From contig CAVWZB010000005.1 in assembly GCA_963759435.1 (NCBI GenBank), forward strand, positions 75,056 through 139,055: a stretch of 64,000 nt of DNA, written 5' to 3'. A program made the translations under genes and the position numbers. Position 1 is the stretch's first letter. Every line of letters begins with the position of its first letter. The DNA comes from an uncultured Actinomycetes bacterium. GTDB taxonomy: Bacteria; Actinomycetota; Thermoleophilia; Gaiellales; Gaiellaceae. Positions 1-9,633 of this stretch are shown here, in pieces. A model generated the notes under the pieces. That model saw nothing but the letters and a program-made list of their open reading frames with translations, did not search any database and was not told the DNA's origin.

Positions 1-584
1 GCGATCTCTTTCGTGGTCATTCCTTGACGGCGGCGCGCGATGACATCGGCCTCTCGGCGTGTGAGCTTCAGCGGCTGCCCGTAGACCGACGCGTGCTCCT
101 GGGCGGCGCCGCGCAGCTGGTCGATGAGCGTGCCGACGCCGGCGCGCGGGAAGACCGAGTCGCCGGCGAGCGCGACCTCGACTGCGCGGACGAGACCGCT
201 GGCGCCGAGCGTTTCGAGGACGAACCCGTCGGCACCGGCGCGAACCGCGGCGAGCAGAGCCTCCTCGTCGAGCGCGGGCGCGACGACTACGACAGCCGTG
301 CCGGGCGACCGCTCGGTGATGCGGCGGACAGCGAGGATCGACCCGCCGGCGATCGCGGAGTCGAGCAACGCGAGCCGGGCCCCGTGGACCTCGGCCGCCT
401 CGGCAGCGCGCGCCGCGTCTTCGACGTCGGCGGCAACGATGAGGCCCGCGCGCTCGAGCACGCTGCGCCGCGTCGCCCGGACGAGCGACCGTCCCCCCGC
501 CAGGACAACCGTGCGCGAGTCAGCTCCCGGCTCCGCGGAAGCGGAGTCGCGACTTTGTGCCTGATCTGTGAACGAGGGGTCCAT
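1..584 (-). CDS. NarL/LuxR-family response regulator, 3' end cut by window edge
   Basis: Not in the ORF track because there is no stop in the window. Minus-strand ATG at 584-582. My translation is MDPSFTDQAQ...VVLAGGRSLVRATRRSVLERAGL...ALLDSAI...VVVAPALDEEALLAAVRAGADGFV (receiver-like), then LTRREADVIARRRQGMTTKEI (start of a LuxR HTH) running off position 1. The usual N-terminal acidic pair is replaced by LAGG. Confidence 0.75.
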   Translation of the reverse strand, partial: MDPSFTDQAQSRDSASAEPGADSRTVVLAGGRSLVRATRRSVLERAGLIVAADVEDAARAAEAAEVHGARLALLDSAIAGGSILAVRRITERSPGTAVVVVAPALDEEALLAAVRAGADGFVLETLGASGLVRAVEVALAGDSVFPRAGVGTLIDQLRGAAQEHASVYGQPLKLTRREADVIARRRQGMTTKEI

Positions 585-728
585 AGGCCGCACTGCCGGT
601 GTGGCTAGCTCGGGACGCGGCGCCCGAAACGCTTCCAGAGCATGCTTTTCGCCGTCCCGCTGGGCAATCCCCCGCCCGGGTGAACAAGGCTCATCGCTAC
701 TGTGCGAAGAGGCCCGACCAAGTGCGGT

Positions 729-1195
729 ATGAGAATGAAGCGGACGCTACTGACACTCATTTCGTGCGCAATCGGATTCGCTGCGCTGGCAGGGGTTGCG
801 GGAGCCAGGCAAGCGACAGCGGTGAAGATGACGGCGCGGCTGACTGCGAAGCAGGCGGCGAAGCTCCAGTCGGTGAAGGTGACAAAGGCTTCGGGCCACT
901 TCAGGGGAACGATGGTGCGCCACAGCAACGGTCGCTCCAAGCTCACCTGGTCACTCACGTACCGGCACATGAGCAGCCGCGTGACCGGGGCGGAGCTAGT
1001 CGTCCCCGCGAACGGAAAGCAGGGCACCGTTACCGTCCAGCTCTGCCGCTCGTGCAAGGCGCGGCCCACGGCGTCATCAATCCCATCTTGAAGCCGTCGA
1101 CGAAGGCGCTGCTGACCCGGACCGCTTGGGTGATCGTCTCGACGAAGAAGAATCGCAAGGGCGAGATCCGCGGCCGCGTCGTGCGGGCTCACTGA
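729..1195 (+). pseudogene. CHRD-domain secreted protein with an apparent frame break near 1055-1070
   Basis: The frame of ORF 702-1091 gives signal peptide MKRTLLTLISCAIGFAALAGVAGA and a body with ASGHFRGTM...LTWSLTYRHMSSRVTGAEL. It stops at 1091. The CHRD-type C-terminus continues in the frame of ORF 599-1195 (AAHGVINPILKPSTKALLTRTAWVIVSTKKNRKGEIRGRVVRAH). Start is ATG 729 or 735, uncertain. Confidence 0.6.
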
Positions 1196-1350
1196 ATCGC
1201 GTCGCCGGTCGCCTGACCCTCGAACGGGTTCCCACTTTCAAGGGATCCCCTGCTACGACGAAGAGGGGGCGGGTCGATAACGAGACCGACAATGCCGCCG
1301 CCGCCGGCCTGGGTCATCCGGGGGCCTGAACTCCCTAGGAGCACCCATCC

Positions 1351-3834
1351 ATGCGCTCACGCCGCCTTGGCTCCGTCCCCACCCTTCGTCGAGCCGCCGC
1401 AGTTGGCTCGCGTCGCAGCCTCGCTGTCCAGGCTCTCACCGCGATCCTGATCCTCACCTGCGTGTTTGGCACCCCTGTCGCCGGCGCGGGTTCGGCCAAC
1501 GCGCGTCTCCTCGTGAAGTTCAAGGCATCCGCAACGGCGAATCAGCCGAGTGGCGTGCTCGCCGCCGCCGGAGGACGACAAGTCGGAACGCTCCGTGACC
1601 TCGGCGAGAGGATCGTCAGCGTTCCAGCCAAGGCCGCAGATGCCGCACTTCGCACGCTTCGCAGCAGCAGGCTCGTCTCGTTCGCCGAGACGGACGGCAC
1701 CCTGAAGCCACAAGACCAGCTCCCCAGCGACCCCTCCTTCCCCCAGCAGTTCGCCGTGGGCGGGGGAGCCTGGGGTTGGTCTGCGACGCATACGACACAG
1801 GCCTGGGACATCACGCAGGGCAGCGCGTCAACCGTCGTAGCCGTCCTCGACACCGGCATGAACGTGTCGGCCGGCCTGGACGATTTCAACGGGCAACTCG
1901 TACCGGGCTGGAACGTGCTCACGAATTCGAGCAATACGAGCACCAATCAGTCCCATGGAACCTACGTCGCCGGCGTACTAGGACTGAGGGCGGACAACGG
2001 TGTCGGCAACGCCGGCGTCTGTCCGCAGTGCAAGATCATGCCGGTCGTCGTCGGAACCGACGGCGGGGCGTCCTGGTCGGACCTGGCCAGCGGCATCACG
2101 TGGGCGACTGACCACGGAGCCCGCGTGGTCAACATGAGCTGGGCTGGGACCAGTGACTCGTCCACCGTGCAAAGTGCGATCAACTATGCGCACTCGAAGG
2201 GGGTCGTGCTGTTCGCGGCCGCCGGAAACTCGAACTGCGACTGCAAGAGCTACCCGGCCGCGGATCAGAACGTGATCGGCGTGGCCGGCGTCGACAACAG
2301 CGGGAACAAGGCCGGCGACTCGAACTTCGGGAACTGGGTCGCGGTCGCCGCACCCGAAGGGGACATGACGGCCTGGCCGACGATCAACGGTTCCCCGGGT
2401 TACGCCCCGGTCGGCGGCACCTCGATGGCCTCGCCGTTCGCTGCCGGGATCGCCGGTCTTCTCCTGTCAGCCAACCCGAATCTGACCAATACACAGGTCG
2501 AGCAGACGCTCGAGCAGACGGCTGCACCCGTCACCTTTTCCATCGCGCACGGCAGAGTCGACGCGCTCGCGGCGCTCCAATCGCTTGGTTTCTCGGATCC
2601 CCAGCCGTCAAGTCTTCCCGCGAACGGCGATCAGCCGCAGATTCTGGTGGAGACGAACGGCGACTGGAACTACACGCCCCTGGGAACGAGCGCGCCTCAG
2701 CCCGGGCAGGTGCTGCTGCGCGGCCAGGGCAGCTGGACTGGCTCGGCGCCGCTCAGTCTGAATGCGGTCAAGTGGCAGCGCTGCGACTCGAGTGGAGCGA
2801 ATTGCACCGTAGTGGCCGCCACGAGCAAGTACACGGTCCAGCCGGGCGACTCCGGCTACAGCTTCAAGCTCTCCATCACGGTCAAGAACAACCTCGGCTC
2901 GACCACCGTGGACTCCGCGGTCTCTCAGCCTGTCGGGGGCGGCGGGGGTACCACCGCCGCCCCGGTCAACACCTCGCCGCCAGTCGTCTCGGGAACGGCA
3001 CAAGATGGACAGACGCTCTCGGCCTCGACAGGATCCTGGTCAGGTAGCCCCACGAGCTACGCGTACCAGTGGCAGCGCTGCGACTCCTCCGGCGGGAGCT
3101 GCGCGAACGTCTCCGGGGCCACCACGAGCTCCTATCCACTCGGCTCGACCGACGTGGACTCGACGCTGAGAGTGACGGTTACAGCGGCGAATGCAGGCGG
3201 CTCCGCAACTGCGCAAAGCGCGCCGAGCACGGTCGTCGCCGCCGTGCCTCCCCAGAGCACGGCGCCACCGGCCGTCTCGGGCACCGACGCAACCGGCCAG
3301 ATGCTGAAGAGCAACACCGGCTCCTGGACCGGCACATCTCCGCTCAGCTATGGGTACCAGTGGCAGCGGTGCGACTCGTCCGGAGCCGGCTGCGTGAATG
3401 TCTCCGGCGCCACCTCCAGCACCTACACCCTGACCTCCGCCGACGCGGGCTCGAGCATGCGCGTCCACGTCTCGGCCTCGAACTCGGCGGGATCAGCCGC
3501 CGCCACCAGTCAGGCGACCGCCCCGGTGGCAAGCAACGGCCAGAGCCTGAGCTTCTCGGGGACGCTCAACAAGAGCACGAGCTCGCTCGGCTTCCCGGTC
3601 GCGATCGGTGCCGGCGAGGCCGACGCGACGCTCACCTTCTCGAAGGGAGGCACGGCTACGCTGCAGCTCCTGGACGGGGGCGGCATGGTCGTCGCCAAGG
3701 CGTCGGGACGGTCCTCGCCGTTGAAGCTGAGCGTTCCCAGTCTCGCCGCCGGCTCCTACAGGTACGTCGTCACCTGCTCGGGCTACAAAGGTTCGTTCTC
3801 GTTCACGCTTTCGGTCACCGCACCGAGCCCATAA
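1351..3834 (+). CDS. Secreted subtilisin-like serine protease (peptidase S8) with C-terminal YQWQRC repeat modules
   Basis: ORF 1351-3834, 827 aa. Signal peptide, then an I9-like propeptide (ARLLVKFKAS...). Triad motifs VAVLDTGM, SHGTYVAG and GGTSMASPFAAG. Three C-terminal modules of about 65 aa follow the pattern GSW.G...Y.YQWQRCDSSG..C.NVSGAT. AGGAG lies about 11 nt upstream. Confidence 0.93.
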   Translation: MRSRRLGSVPTLRRAAAVGSRRSLAVQALTAILILTCVFGTPVAGAGSANARLLVKFKASATANQPSGVLAAAGGRQVGTLRDLGERIVSVPAKAADAALRTLRSSRLVSFAETDGTLKPQDQLPSDPSFPQQFAVGGGAWGWSATHTTQAWDITQGSASTVVAVLDTGMNVSAGLDDFNGQLVPGWNVLTNSSNTSTNQSHGTYVAGVLGLRADNGVGNAGVCPQCKIMPVVVGTDGGASWSDLASGITWATDHGARVVNMSWAGTSDSSTVQSAINYAHSKGVVLFAAAGNSNCDCKSYPAADQNVIGVAGVDNSGNKAGDSNFGNWVAVAAPEGDMTAWPTINGSPGYAPVGGTSMASPFAAGIAGLLLSANPNLTNTQVEQTLEQTAAPVTFSIAHGRVDALAALQSLGFSDPQPSSLPANGDQPQILVETNGDWNYTPLGTSAPQPGQVLLRGQGSWTGSAPLSLNAVKWQRCDSSGANCTVVAATSKYTVQPGDSGYSFKLSITVKNNLGSTTVDSAVSQPVGGGGGTTAAPVNTSPPVVSGTAQDGQTLSASTGSWSGSPTSYAYQWQRCDSSGGSCANVSGATTSSYPLGSTDVDSTLRVTVTAANAGGSATAQSAPSTVVAAVPPQSTAPPAVSGTDATGQMLKSNTGSWTGTSPLSYGYQWQRCDSSGAGCVNVSGATSSTYTLTSADAGSSMRVHVSASNSAGSAAATSQATAPVASNGQSLSFSGTLNKSTSSLGFPVAIGAGEADATLTFSKGGTATLQLLDGGGMVVAKASGRSSPLKLSVPSLAAGSYRYVVTCSGYKGSFSFTLSVTAPSP

Positions 3835-3835
3835 G

Positions 3836-3864
3836 TGGAGGGGCCCCGGTCTGGGGCCCCTCCA
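3836..3864. terminator. Bidirectional GC hairpin between convergent genes
   Basis: Perfect 12-bp stem TGGAGGGGCCCC (3836-3847) pairs with GGGGCCCCTCCA (3853-3864), with a 5-nt loop. It starts 2 nt after the S8 stop (3834) and ends 23 nt before the stop of the convergent gene (3887). Confidence 0.7.
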
Positions 3865-3886
3865 GGAACTGCTTGGTCAGCGGCCG

Positions 3887-5535
3887 TTACGGGCAGCCGA
3901 GTCCGTTGTTGTAGTTGTCGAGCGCGGTCTTGAGCGCGATCGCGCCGGCGCGGGTGTAGGTCGCGTTGAACGTGACCGCGCTGCCCGGGCCGTTGTATCC
4001 GACGTGCGTCAGGAAGTCGATCGCCTGATTGATCGTGTCGCAGATACACGGATTCGCGATGTTTGCGACGTTCAGCTCTGCTCCCAGCAGCTGAGCGGCG
4101 AGACACGCCGCCGCATTCGAGTTGGATGCGCCTGAGTTGGCGCAGTTGTTCCCGTTGAAGACGGCGAGCGCCTTAGTGGTCGTGTCAGCGCTGTACAACG
4201 AGCTCAGCTTGCCGGCGACGCAGGTGCCGTTGCAGATCGTGTGTCCAAGGAAATGCCGAGGTGAACGGGCCGTTGTTGTTGCAGCCGTTCGTCCCGGTCT
4301 TCACGTGCGGACCGCAGAGGGACATGTGCGTCTTCCAGTACCCGATCGTCAGCGGAGAATTGAAGGCGCACACCGTCGCTGACGCAGATGCCGAATCGCG
4401 AGGTCTGCGGATTCGAGTTGTCCGTGAAGTCGGCGTGGTTGTCGTACTCCTGGCAGGTGCCGAGCGTTGTCGGCGCCGGCACCGTCCGCGAGTACGTGAT
4501 CGTCCACGTCGGCGCGGTGTACGACTGCGAGAAGTTGTCGAGCGTCACGCCGGTCGTGTCGGCGCTTCCGTCATCCGCGCAGTAGGTGCCGAGCGCGTCC
4601 GCAGCCCCGCCGTTGAACGTGTCGGTCGCGGTCGCGCAGTTGTCGCTGACCGTGAAATCGACGGGAACCGTGGCGAAGTCCGTTCCGGCCGCCAAGTGCT
4701 CTTGGCTGCTTAGGTCCTGGGCGTCCCACGTCATCGTGGCGGTATTCGTCGTGTTCGGTGCATCGGCCGGCGGGGCGCTGAGTCCGCACGAGTACGGGAA
4801 GTCAGATGACCCGCTGGCAGGAATCGTCAGCGTCGGGTTCGCCGTCGTGTCGACCGTACAGGGCGTCCCGTCCGAGAGCTGATCGGTGAGGGTGGCGAGG
4901 TTGATGTCGCCGCCCGCGTTGTTGAACACGGTGATCGTGCCCGTCACGTCGCCCGTCGTCCCCGTGCCGGTCAGCGTGACCGTGTAATGGAACGTCGCCG
5001 AGGTTCCGGGAATGACATCGATCTCGCTCTTGTCGACTGCCTTCGTGATCCCCCACGCGAAGTGGGTGTTCTGCGAGGCGGTCTTCGAGATGGTCGGCGC
5101 AGCCGCCGGTGGCGGACCACCGCCCTCGTTACAACCCGAGATCGTCAGGATCGGCTTGTTCCCGAGGTCCCCGTCATAGCTGAGCGAGGCCGAAACGATG
5201 TCGGCGAACGTGTCGCCCTGGGGGATGTCGATGGTGATATGCCAGCTGCCGCTGCCCATCTGCTGCCAGGGCGAGTAGGTGATGGCCCCGTCCGTCCAGA
5301 CGATCGTCAGGTCCTGCGGCGTCACGCTGGAGTCGTGCGGGTTGAAGATCCACAGGATCGTCCCGGTCGTAGTGGGCGCACACGCTGTTGCGCCGTTCTG
5401 ACCGTTCCAGTCGAACGAGTTGGCGCCGCTCGCTGCCGCCGATGGCCCGGCAAACAAGAAGATCGCCGCCAGGGCGGCGGCGCTAATTGTCAGGAGGCCG
5501 ACGATTCTCGACCGTAGGCCTAATCTCTTCCGCAT
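3887..5535 (-). pseudogene. Secreted Cys-rich surface/adhesin-like protein with two apparent +1 frame breaks
   Basis: ATG at 5535 follows GAGAGGTGAGGAA. Signal peptide MRKRLGLRSRIVGLLTISAAALAAIFLFAGPSAAA. The body lies in the frame of ORF 4204-5676 up to ...DFTDNSNPQTS. It continues in the frame of ORF 4185-4373 (SASATVCAFNSPLTIGYWKTHMSLCGPHVKTGTNGCNNNGPFTSAF). It then continues in the frame of ORF 3887-4198 (LGHTICNGTCVAGKLSSLYSADTTTKAL...NNGLGCP). Breaks are at about 4385-4405 and about 4245-4256. Confidence 0.65.
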
Positions 5536-5802
5536 TTCCTCACCTCTCGCTCGGTTTGAGGTATGCCGTCTCTGCGTCCGACGGCGTACGTACCGCAGGT
5601 GACCGAGCCTGGATGGCCGGACGCCACAAGTAGCGTCCCACTCGCTGGACCGACCGTCCAGAGGGAAAAACCCCAAAAGCGCTCGGGTTTCCCAGCGCCC
5701 GACCGCTACAAGGGTTGCGCCGTAGGAGGGCGCCTTTGCCTCGAGGCGGCTCGGCGCTCGTACGCAAAGACCGTGTAAAGCGCGCGGCGGGCAGGAAGCG
5801 AT

Positions 5803-5820
5803 TTCACTCGAGCGAGTGAA
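5803..5820. promoter_or_regulatory. 18-bp perfect palindrome upstream of the small secreted-protein genes; function unknown
   Basis: TTCACTCG-AG-CGAGTGAA at 5803-5820, about 85 nt upstream of ATG 5906. Only the symmetry is observed; no binding protein can be assigned. Confidence 0.2.
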
Positions 5821-5905
5821 TAGTGCCGCGGAACACTTGCCGAAGACGCCGGTAGTCAGCCGCTACGGGTGCCGCTGGGGTCCGGCAACGCCCAGGAGGT
5901 TCCAG

Positions 5906-6355
5906 ATGAAGATCAAGAAGCAGACTCCGGCAGGTGTCGTGCTCGCAGGGGTCGTACTCGTGCTCTCGCTCGCGCTCGTTCCCGCCGCATTCGCCGGCAA
6001 GGGCAAACCCGGTGGAGGCCGGCGGGGGCTCCAGCTCGAGCAGCCGGCCCGGTGCTGAGTCACAGACCCAACGGGAACGGACTCGCGAACTGCGGCGACA
6101 CCGTCACGTTCAACGTCTCGACCACCGCCACGAGCCAGCCGCTAGGTGAACGTGCTGTGCTACCAGAACGGCGTCCAGGTCATGAACAGCTGGAACGGCT
6201 TCTTCGACCAGGCGCTGAACCCGACGCGGAACTTCGGCCTCTATTCGCCGTCGTGGCAGAGCGGAGCCGCCAACTGCACCGCATCGATTGACATGACTAC
6301 TAAGCGCGGCGGTACGTCACAGGTCGCGTCAATGAGCTTCCAGGTCGGCGCGTAA
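5906..6355 (+). pseudogene. Small secreted protein, degenerate paralog of 6532-6942, with at least 2 frame changes
   Basis: AGGAGG lies 7 nt before ATG 5906. Signal peptide MKIKKQTPAGVVLAGVVLVLSLALVPAAFA ends in a stop at 6058. Homology to the downstream paralog continues in the frame of ORF 5869-6291 (AAGPVLS...NGLANCGDTVTFNVSTTATSQP). It then returns to the first frame as ORF 6146-6355 (VNVLCYQNGVQVMNSWNGFF...FGLYSPSWQSGAANCTA...). A TAG sits directly before 6146. Confidence 0.6.
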
Positions 6356-6392
6356 GTCATCTTTCGCCCCCTCGCGGGGTGGTGTGGGGATT

Positions 6393-6426
6393 GGAAAGGG
6401 CGGCCAAATGGGCCGCCCTTCCTTTT
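6393..6426 (+). terminator. Rho-independent terminator with T-tract
   Basis: GGAAAGGGCGGCC-aaatg-GGCCGCCCTTCC followed by TTTT. The stem is 12 bp with one bulged A. It lies 38 nt after stop 6355. Confidence 0.75.
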
Positions 6427-6531
6427 GGGGTACACACCTTCAGGGATCGTTGAACCCGAGCGATCGTGACGATCCTCACTCAACACGTTTCGTTCGCACC
6501 TGTTCGGAGCCGCACCGAAAGGAGAACTCCC

Positions 6532-6942
6532 GTGTTGAGCAAGATCGCAGTTGCAGCAACGATCGCCGTCTCTCTCGTCTTTGCAGGTACGGCCTTCGCA
6601 GGTAAGCCGGCCTCATCGTCGATAGCCGGCCCGTTTCTCGTGAGCGGGTCGTCGCCGACGGACGCCGCCGCTGTCGCGCCGCAGTTCGGTCAGACGATTA
6701 CCTTCAACGTCTCGACGACCGCGACGAGCAACCCGTTCGTCAACGTCAACTGCTACCAGAACGGCGCGCTGGTCATGAACAGCTGGTCGGCCTTCTTCCC
6801 GGGAGGCACGAACCAGAACTTCGGCCTCTATTCGCCCTCCTGGCAGAGCGGAGCCGCCAACTGCACGGCGGACCTCGGCATGCTCGCGAACAACGGCAAG
6901 TGGAAGGTGCTCGCCTCGACCAGCTTCACGGTCAACGCATAG
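6532..6942 (+). CDS. Small secreted protein of unknown function, intact paralog
   Basis: In ORF 6466-6942. GAAAGGAGAA lies 6 nt before GTG 6532. Signal peptide VLSKIAVAATIAVSLVFAGTAFA. It shares TFNVSTTATS.P, CYQNG..VMNSW and FGLYSPSWQSGAANCTA with the upstream copy. Confidence 0.8.
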   Translation: MLSKIAVAATIAVSLVFAGTAFAGKPASSSIAGPFLVSGSSPTDAAAVAPQFGQTITFNVSTTATSNPFVNVNCYQNGALVMNSWSAFFPGGTNQNFGLYSPSWQSGAANCTADLGMLANNGKWKVLASTSFTVNA

Positions 6943-6970
6943 GGCGTCGGGCCGGCGAAACACGAATTAA

Positions 6971-7002
6971 GTGAGAGGCCCTGCCGAAGCGGGGCCTCTC
7001 AC
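6971..7002. terminator. Bidirectional GC hairpin between convergent genes
   Basis: GTGAGAGGCCC (6971-6981) pairs with GGGCCTCTCAC (6992-7002), an 11-bp perfect stem with a 10-nt loop. It lies between stop 6942 (+) and stop 7029 (-). Confidence 0.65.
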
Positions 7003-7028
7003 TGTCATGGGCTCCTTCGGAGTGCCCG

Positions 7029-9449
7029 TTAGGGCAGATCCGTCCCGGGTCCCGGGTCGTTCGTGTACGTGATGCCGAAGTGCTCGGCGTCACACGTGCT
7101 CTGTGAGCCCTTGTGTGCGGTGTCTGCCGCGCCAGGCGTGTACGTGATCTTCCACGAGTACGGGCCGGCGATCGACCCTGCGGCGTCGTTGTAGCCGCTC
7201 GTGATCGTGAGCCCACCGGACCCGCTGCCGGCATTGCTCGTGCCCACCTCCCTCGACGGGGCGCCACCTGCAACGCTCACCGTCTGGCTGTAGAGCGCGC
7301 TGCCCGAGCATGTGCTGTTGTCGTAGAGAGCGAACGCGACGCTACCGCCGGCGGCGAGGTTGCCCACTTCCGCACTGACGGTGGCCGTGTCGTTCGGGAT
7401 CCAGCTTTGCTTGGTCTTGATGTCGGTGCCGATCGTCCGGACGACTACTGCCTCGCTGGCACTCGGACAGGGCGAGTTGTCGGTCGCCTGGTTTGTGTTC
7501 GGCGATTGGCCCGGGTACGACGCGGCCCAGTAGTACGTGCCGGGTGCGTCAGGCGTGAAGCTGACAGGCCCGTACTGGGCATCGCCGGTGATGGCCACCG
7601 TCTGCGGGTTCGTGCCCGTCCCTGTCGCCAGGGTCGTGCAGTCGGCCTTGTAGAGAGTGAACGTGATGTCGCCGGTGGCGTCACCACCCGGAGTCGTCGG
7701 GTTGATGGACCCAGCGGGAGTAGCACCGGCGGGCCCGCCGGTTCCGGGCTGATGCGCCGTGCCGCTCAGCGTTGCCGTGTCCGTGACCGCGCTCCCGAAG
7801 TCGACCGGGCCTGCGCCCGCTTGGGTCGAGATCGTCGGCGTGACCGGTGCGACCGTGAAGCACTCACCCGCACTGTGGTCGCTCGAGGGAGGTACACCGG
7901 TCGTGGTCGACGAGAACTCGGCCCGGAAGCAGTAGCGTCCCGCCGCCGTGATCGTCGTGACCGGTGAGAAGTAGTCCCCGGACGCGTTGGCAGTCGTGGA
8001 GCCGAGATCGACGCCGCCGCTGTCACACGTCGCGGTGCTCGCCGGGTCCGTCCGCCCGCAAACGTGCCAGGCGATCGACCCGCTGAACGAGCTGCCCGTG
8101 ACGGTGACCGTGGCCTTGTCCTGGACGGTCACAGCGGAGTCCGCCGGGTCGGCGGGAATCGCCGACGCGGGCGGCTGCGAGTGGTCCGTCGCGTCGACGG
8201 GGCTCGTCACCGTCGTCGAGTGGCACTCGCCGAGCTGCTCGGTGACGAAGTCGAACAGCGTCGCCGTGATCGTGCTCGACGAGCGTGTGTCCGGCACGAT
8301 CGTGTTGAAGCAGCTTGGCGCGGTCTCGCCTGCCTGCTGGAACTGCTGCGTGAGGTCGATCCCGCCTTCGAAGAAGTCCGGCGAGACGATCTTGTTCCGT
8401 CCGACGCCGCCCGTGGCGTCCGACGTGAGCCACGGCGTCCCGATGGTGCTGTTCCACGGCTTGCCGCAGGCCAGGGTCGTGTCGGTGCAGTGGGCGTTGG
8501 TCGTTGCGCAGAGCGAGTCGCCGCCACCCGTGACCTTGCAATCGCCGGTGCTGGTCCCGATCGGCAGCCCGTTGCAGCCGCCGGTCTTCGTGTCCGGGTT
8601 GTCGTTGGAGTCGATGCAGCCGCCGTCACCCGAGAGCGGACCGGTGGCGGCCGCCGCCCACTGGAACGCCTTGATCGAGCTGACGCCGCCGCCGTTCGAG
8701 AACTCGGAGACAACGAGGACGTCCTTGTTCTGGTGCTGGCCGGTGAAGTTCTTGTGGCCGCTGGTAACCGAGCAGCTGGCAGTCCCCTGCAGCAGCCAGA
8801 CGCCGACGTCGTTCGTGCCGTTGTCCTTGTTCTTCTCCAGCCCGAAGTAGACGACGTGGTGGATCGGGTTCACCAGGTCGCTGGGCACGGGGATGGAGGT
8901 GGACGCCGAGTAGGCGTTCATGATGTCGATCTTGCTGTTGACGTTGTGGTCGTTGTTGCACTGCCAACCACCGTTGCCGATCCCCAGCGTGTCCTTGCTG
9001 CCGGTCGCATAGGTCGAGTTGTCGTTGGTGCAGAACGTCGTCGACAGCGAGTCCAGGGTGCAACTCGAGCCCGACTGGAAGTCGCGCGCGAAGCTCGCAG
9101 CGCCGAACGTCTTGCCGGCTCCGATGAGCACCGAGTTGTTCGTGACCGCCTCTGTCCCCGTCGGCGCAGTGCCCGTGTCGGTCACGTGGAAGAGTCCGTT
9201 CGCCTGGCACCCCTGAGTCGTGCTGCCTTCGTCCCCGGCGCAGTTGCCACCCCAGTCGTCGACCTGGTTCGTGTTGACCGTGGTATACGCATGCGCACTC
9301 ACGTCCCCATCCAGCTGGAACGCCGCATCGTGGACCGCAAATGCGCTTGGGATAAAGAGCACCGCCATCGCAACCGCGACGGCCGTTGTACACAGGAACA
9401 GCCAGCGTCTCCGCCGGCTTCCTGTCGGTCCGATTACTTTCCTAGCCAT
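7029..9449 (-). CDS. Large secreted Cys-rich surface protein with C-terminal Ig-like repeats, unknown function
   Basis: ORF 7029-9449, 806 aa. Signal peptide ...LFLCTTAVAVAMAVLFIPSAFA. The mature N-terminus is VHDAAFQLDGDV.... Many paired Cys occur (GNCAGDEGSTTQGCQ, CIDSNDNPDTKTGGCNG, CKVTGGGDSLCATTNAHCTDTTLAC). The Thr/Ser/Gly-rich C-terminal half is beta-sandwich-like. No LPXTG motif. Confidence 0.85.
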   Translation of the reverse strand: MARKVIGPTGSRRRRWLFLCTTAVAVAMAVLFIPSAFAVHDAAFQLDGDVSAHAYTTVNTNQVDDWGGNCAGDEGSTTQGCQANGLFHVTDTGTAPTGTEAVTNNSVLIGAGKTFGAASFARDFQSGSSCTLDSLSTTFCTNDNSTYATGSKDTLGIGNGGWQCNNDHNVNSKIDIMNAYSASTSIPVPSDLVNPIHHVVYFGLEKNKDNGTNDVGVWLLQGTASCSVTSGHKNFTGQHQNKDVLVVSEFSNGGGVSSIKAFQWAAAATGPLSGDGGCIDSNDNPDTKTGGCNGLPIGTSTGDCKVTGGGDSLCATTNAHCTDTTLACGKPWNSTIGTPWLTSDATGGVGRNKIVSPDFFEGGIDLTQQFQQAGETAPSCFNTIVPDTRSSSTITATLFDFVTEQLGECHSTTVTSPVDATDHSQPPASAIPADPADSAVTVQDKATVTVTGSSFSGSIAWHVCGRTDPASTATCDSGGVDLGSTTANASGDYFSPVTTITAAGRYCFRAEFSSTTTGVPPSSDHSAGECFTVAPVTPTISTQAGAGPVDFGSAVTDTATLSGTAHQPGTGGPAGATPAGSINPTTPGGDATGDITFTLYKADCTTLATGTGTNPQTVAITGDAQYGPVSFTPDAPGTYYWAASYPGQSPNTNQATDNSPCPSASEAVVVRTIGTDIKTKQSWIPNDTATVSAEVGNLAAGGSVAFALYDNSTCSGSALYSQTVSVAGGAPSREVGTSNAGSGSGGLTITSGYNDAAGSIAGPYSWKITYTPGAADTAHKGSQSTCDAEHFGITYTNDPGPGTDLP

Positions 9450-9633
9450 TTGCTATGCACCTCTCCCTCCCCCCAGCCAGGCGTCGCGCCGCCGCATTGC
9501 TCGACTCGGCCGCCATCCACAGACCTGTGGACAATTTCAGCGTCGCGCGGACCGCTACGGACTACAAGGGGTCAGGAGGCAGACAGGGCGCTTGTGCTTC
9601 GCAGCGCCGCTTCGGAAACCGATTCAGTCCCGG

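Noticed and set aside
599-1195. 198-aa ORF as an independent gene.
   Set aside because: Most of it is low-complexity shadow. Only its last ~45 codons carry the CHRD C-terminal signature, which belongs to the gene starting at about 729 in another frame.
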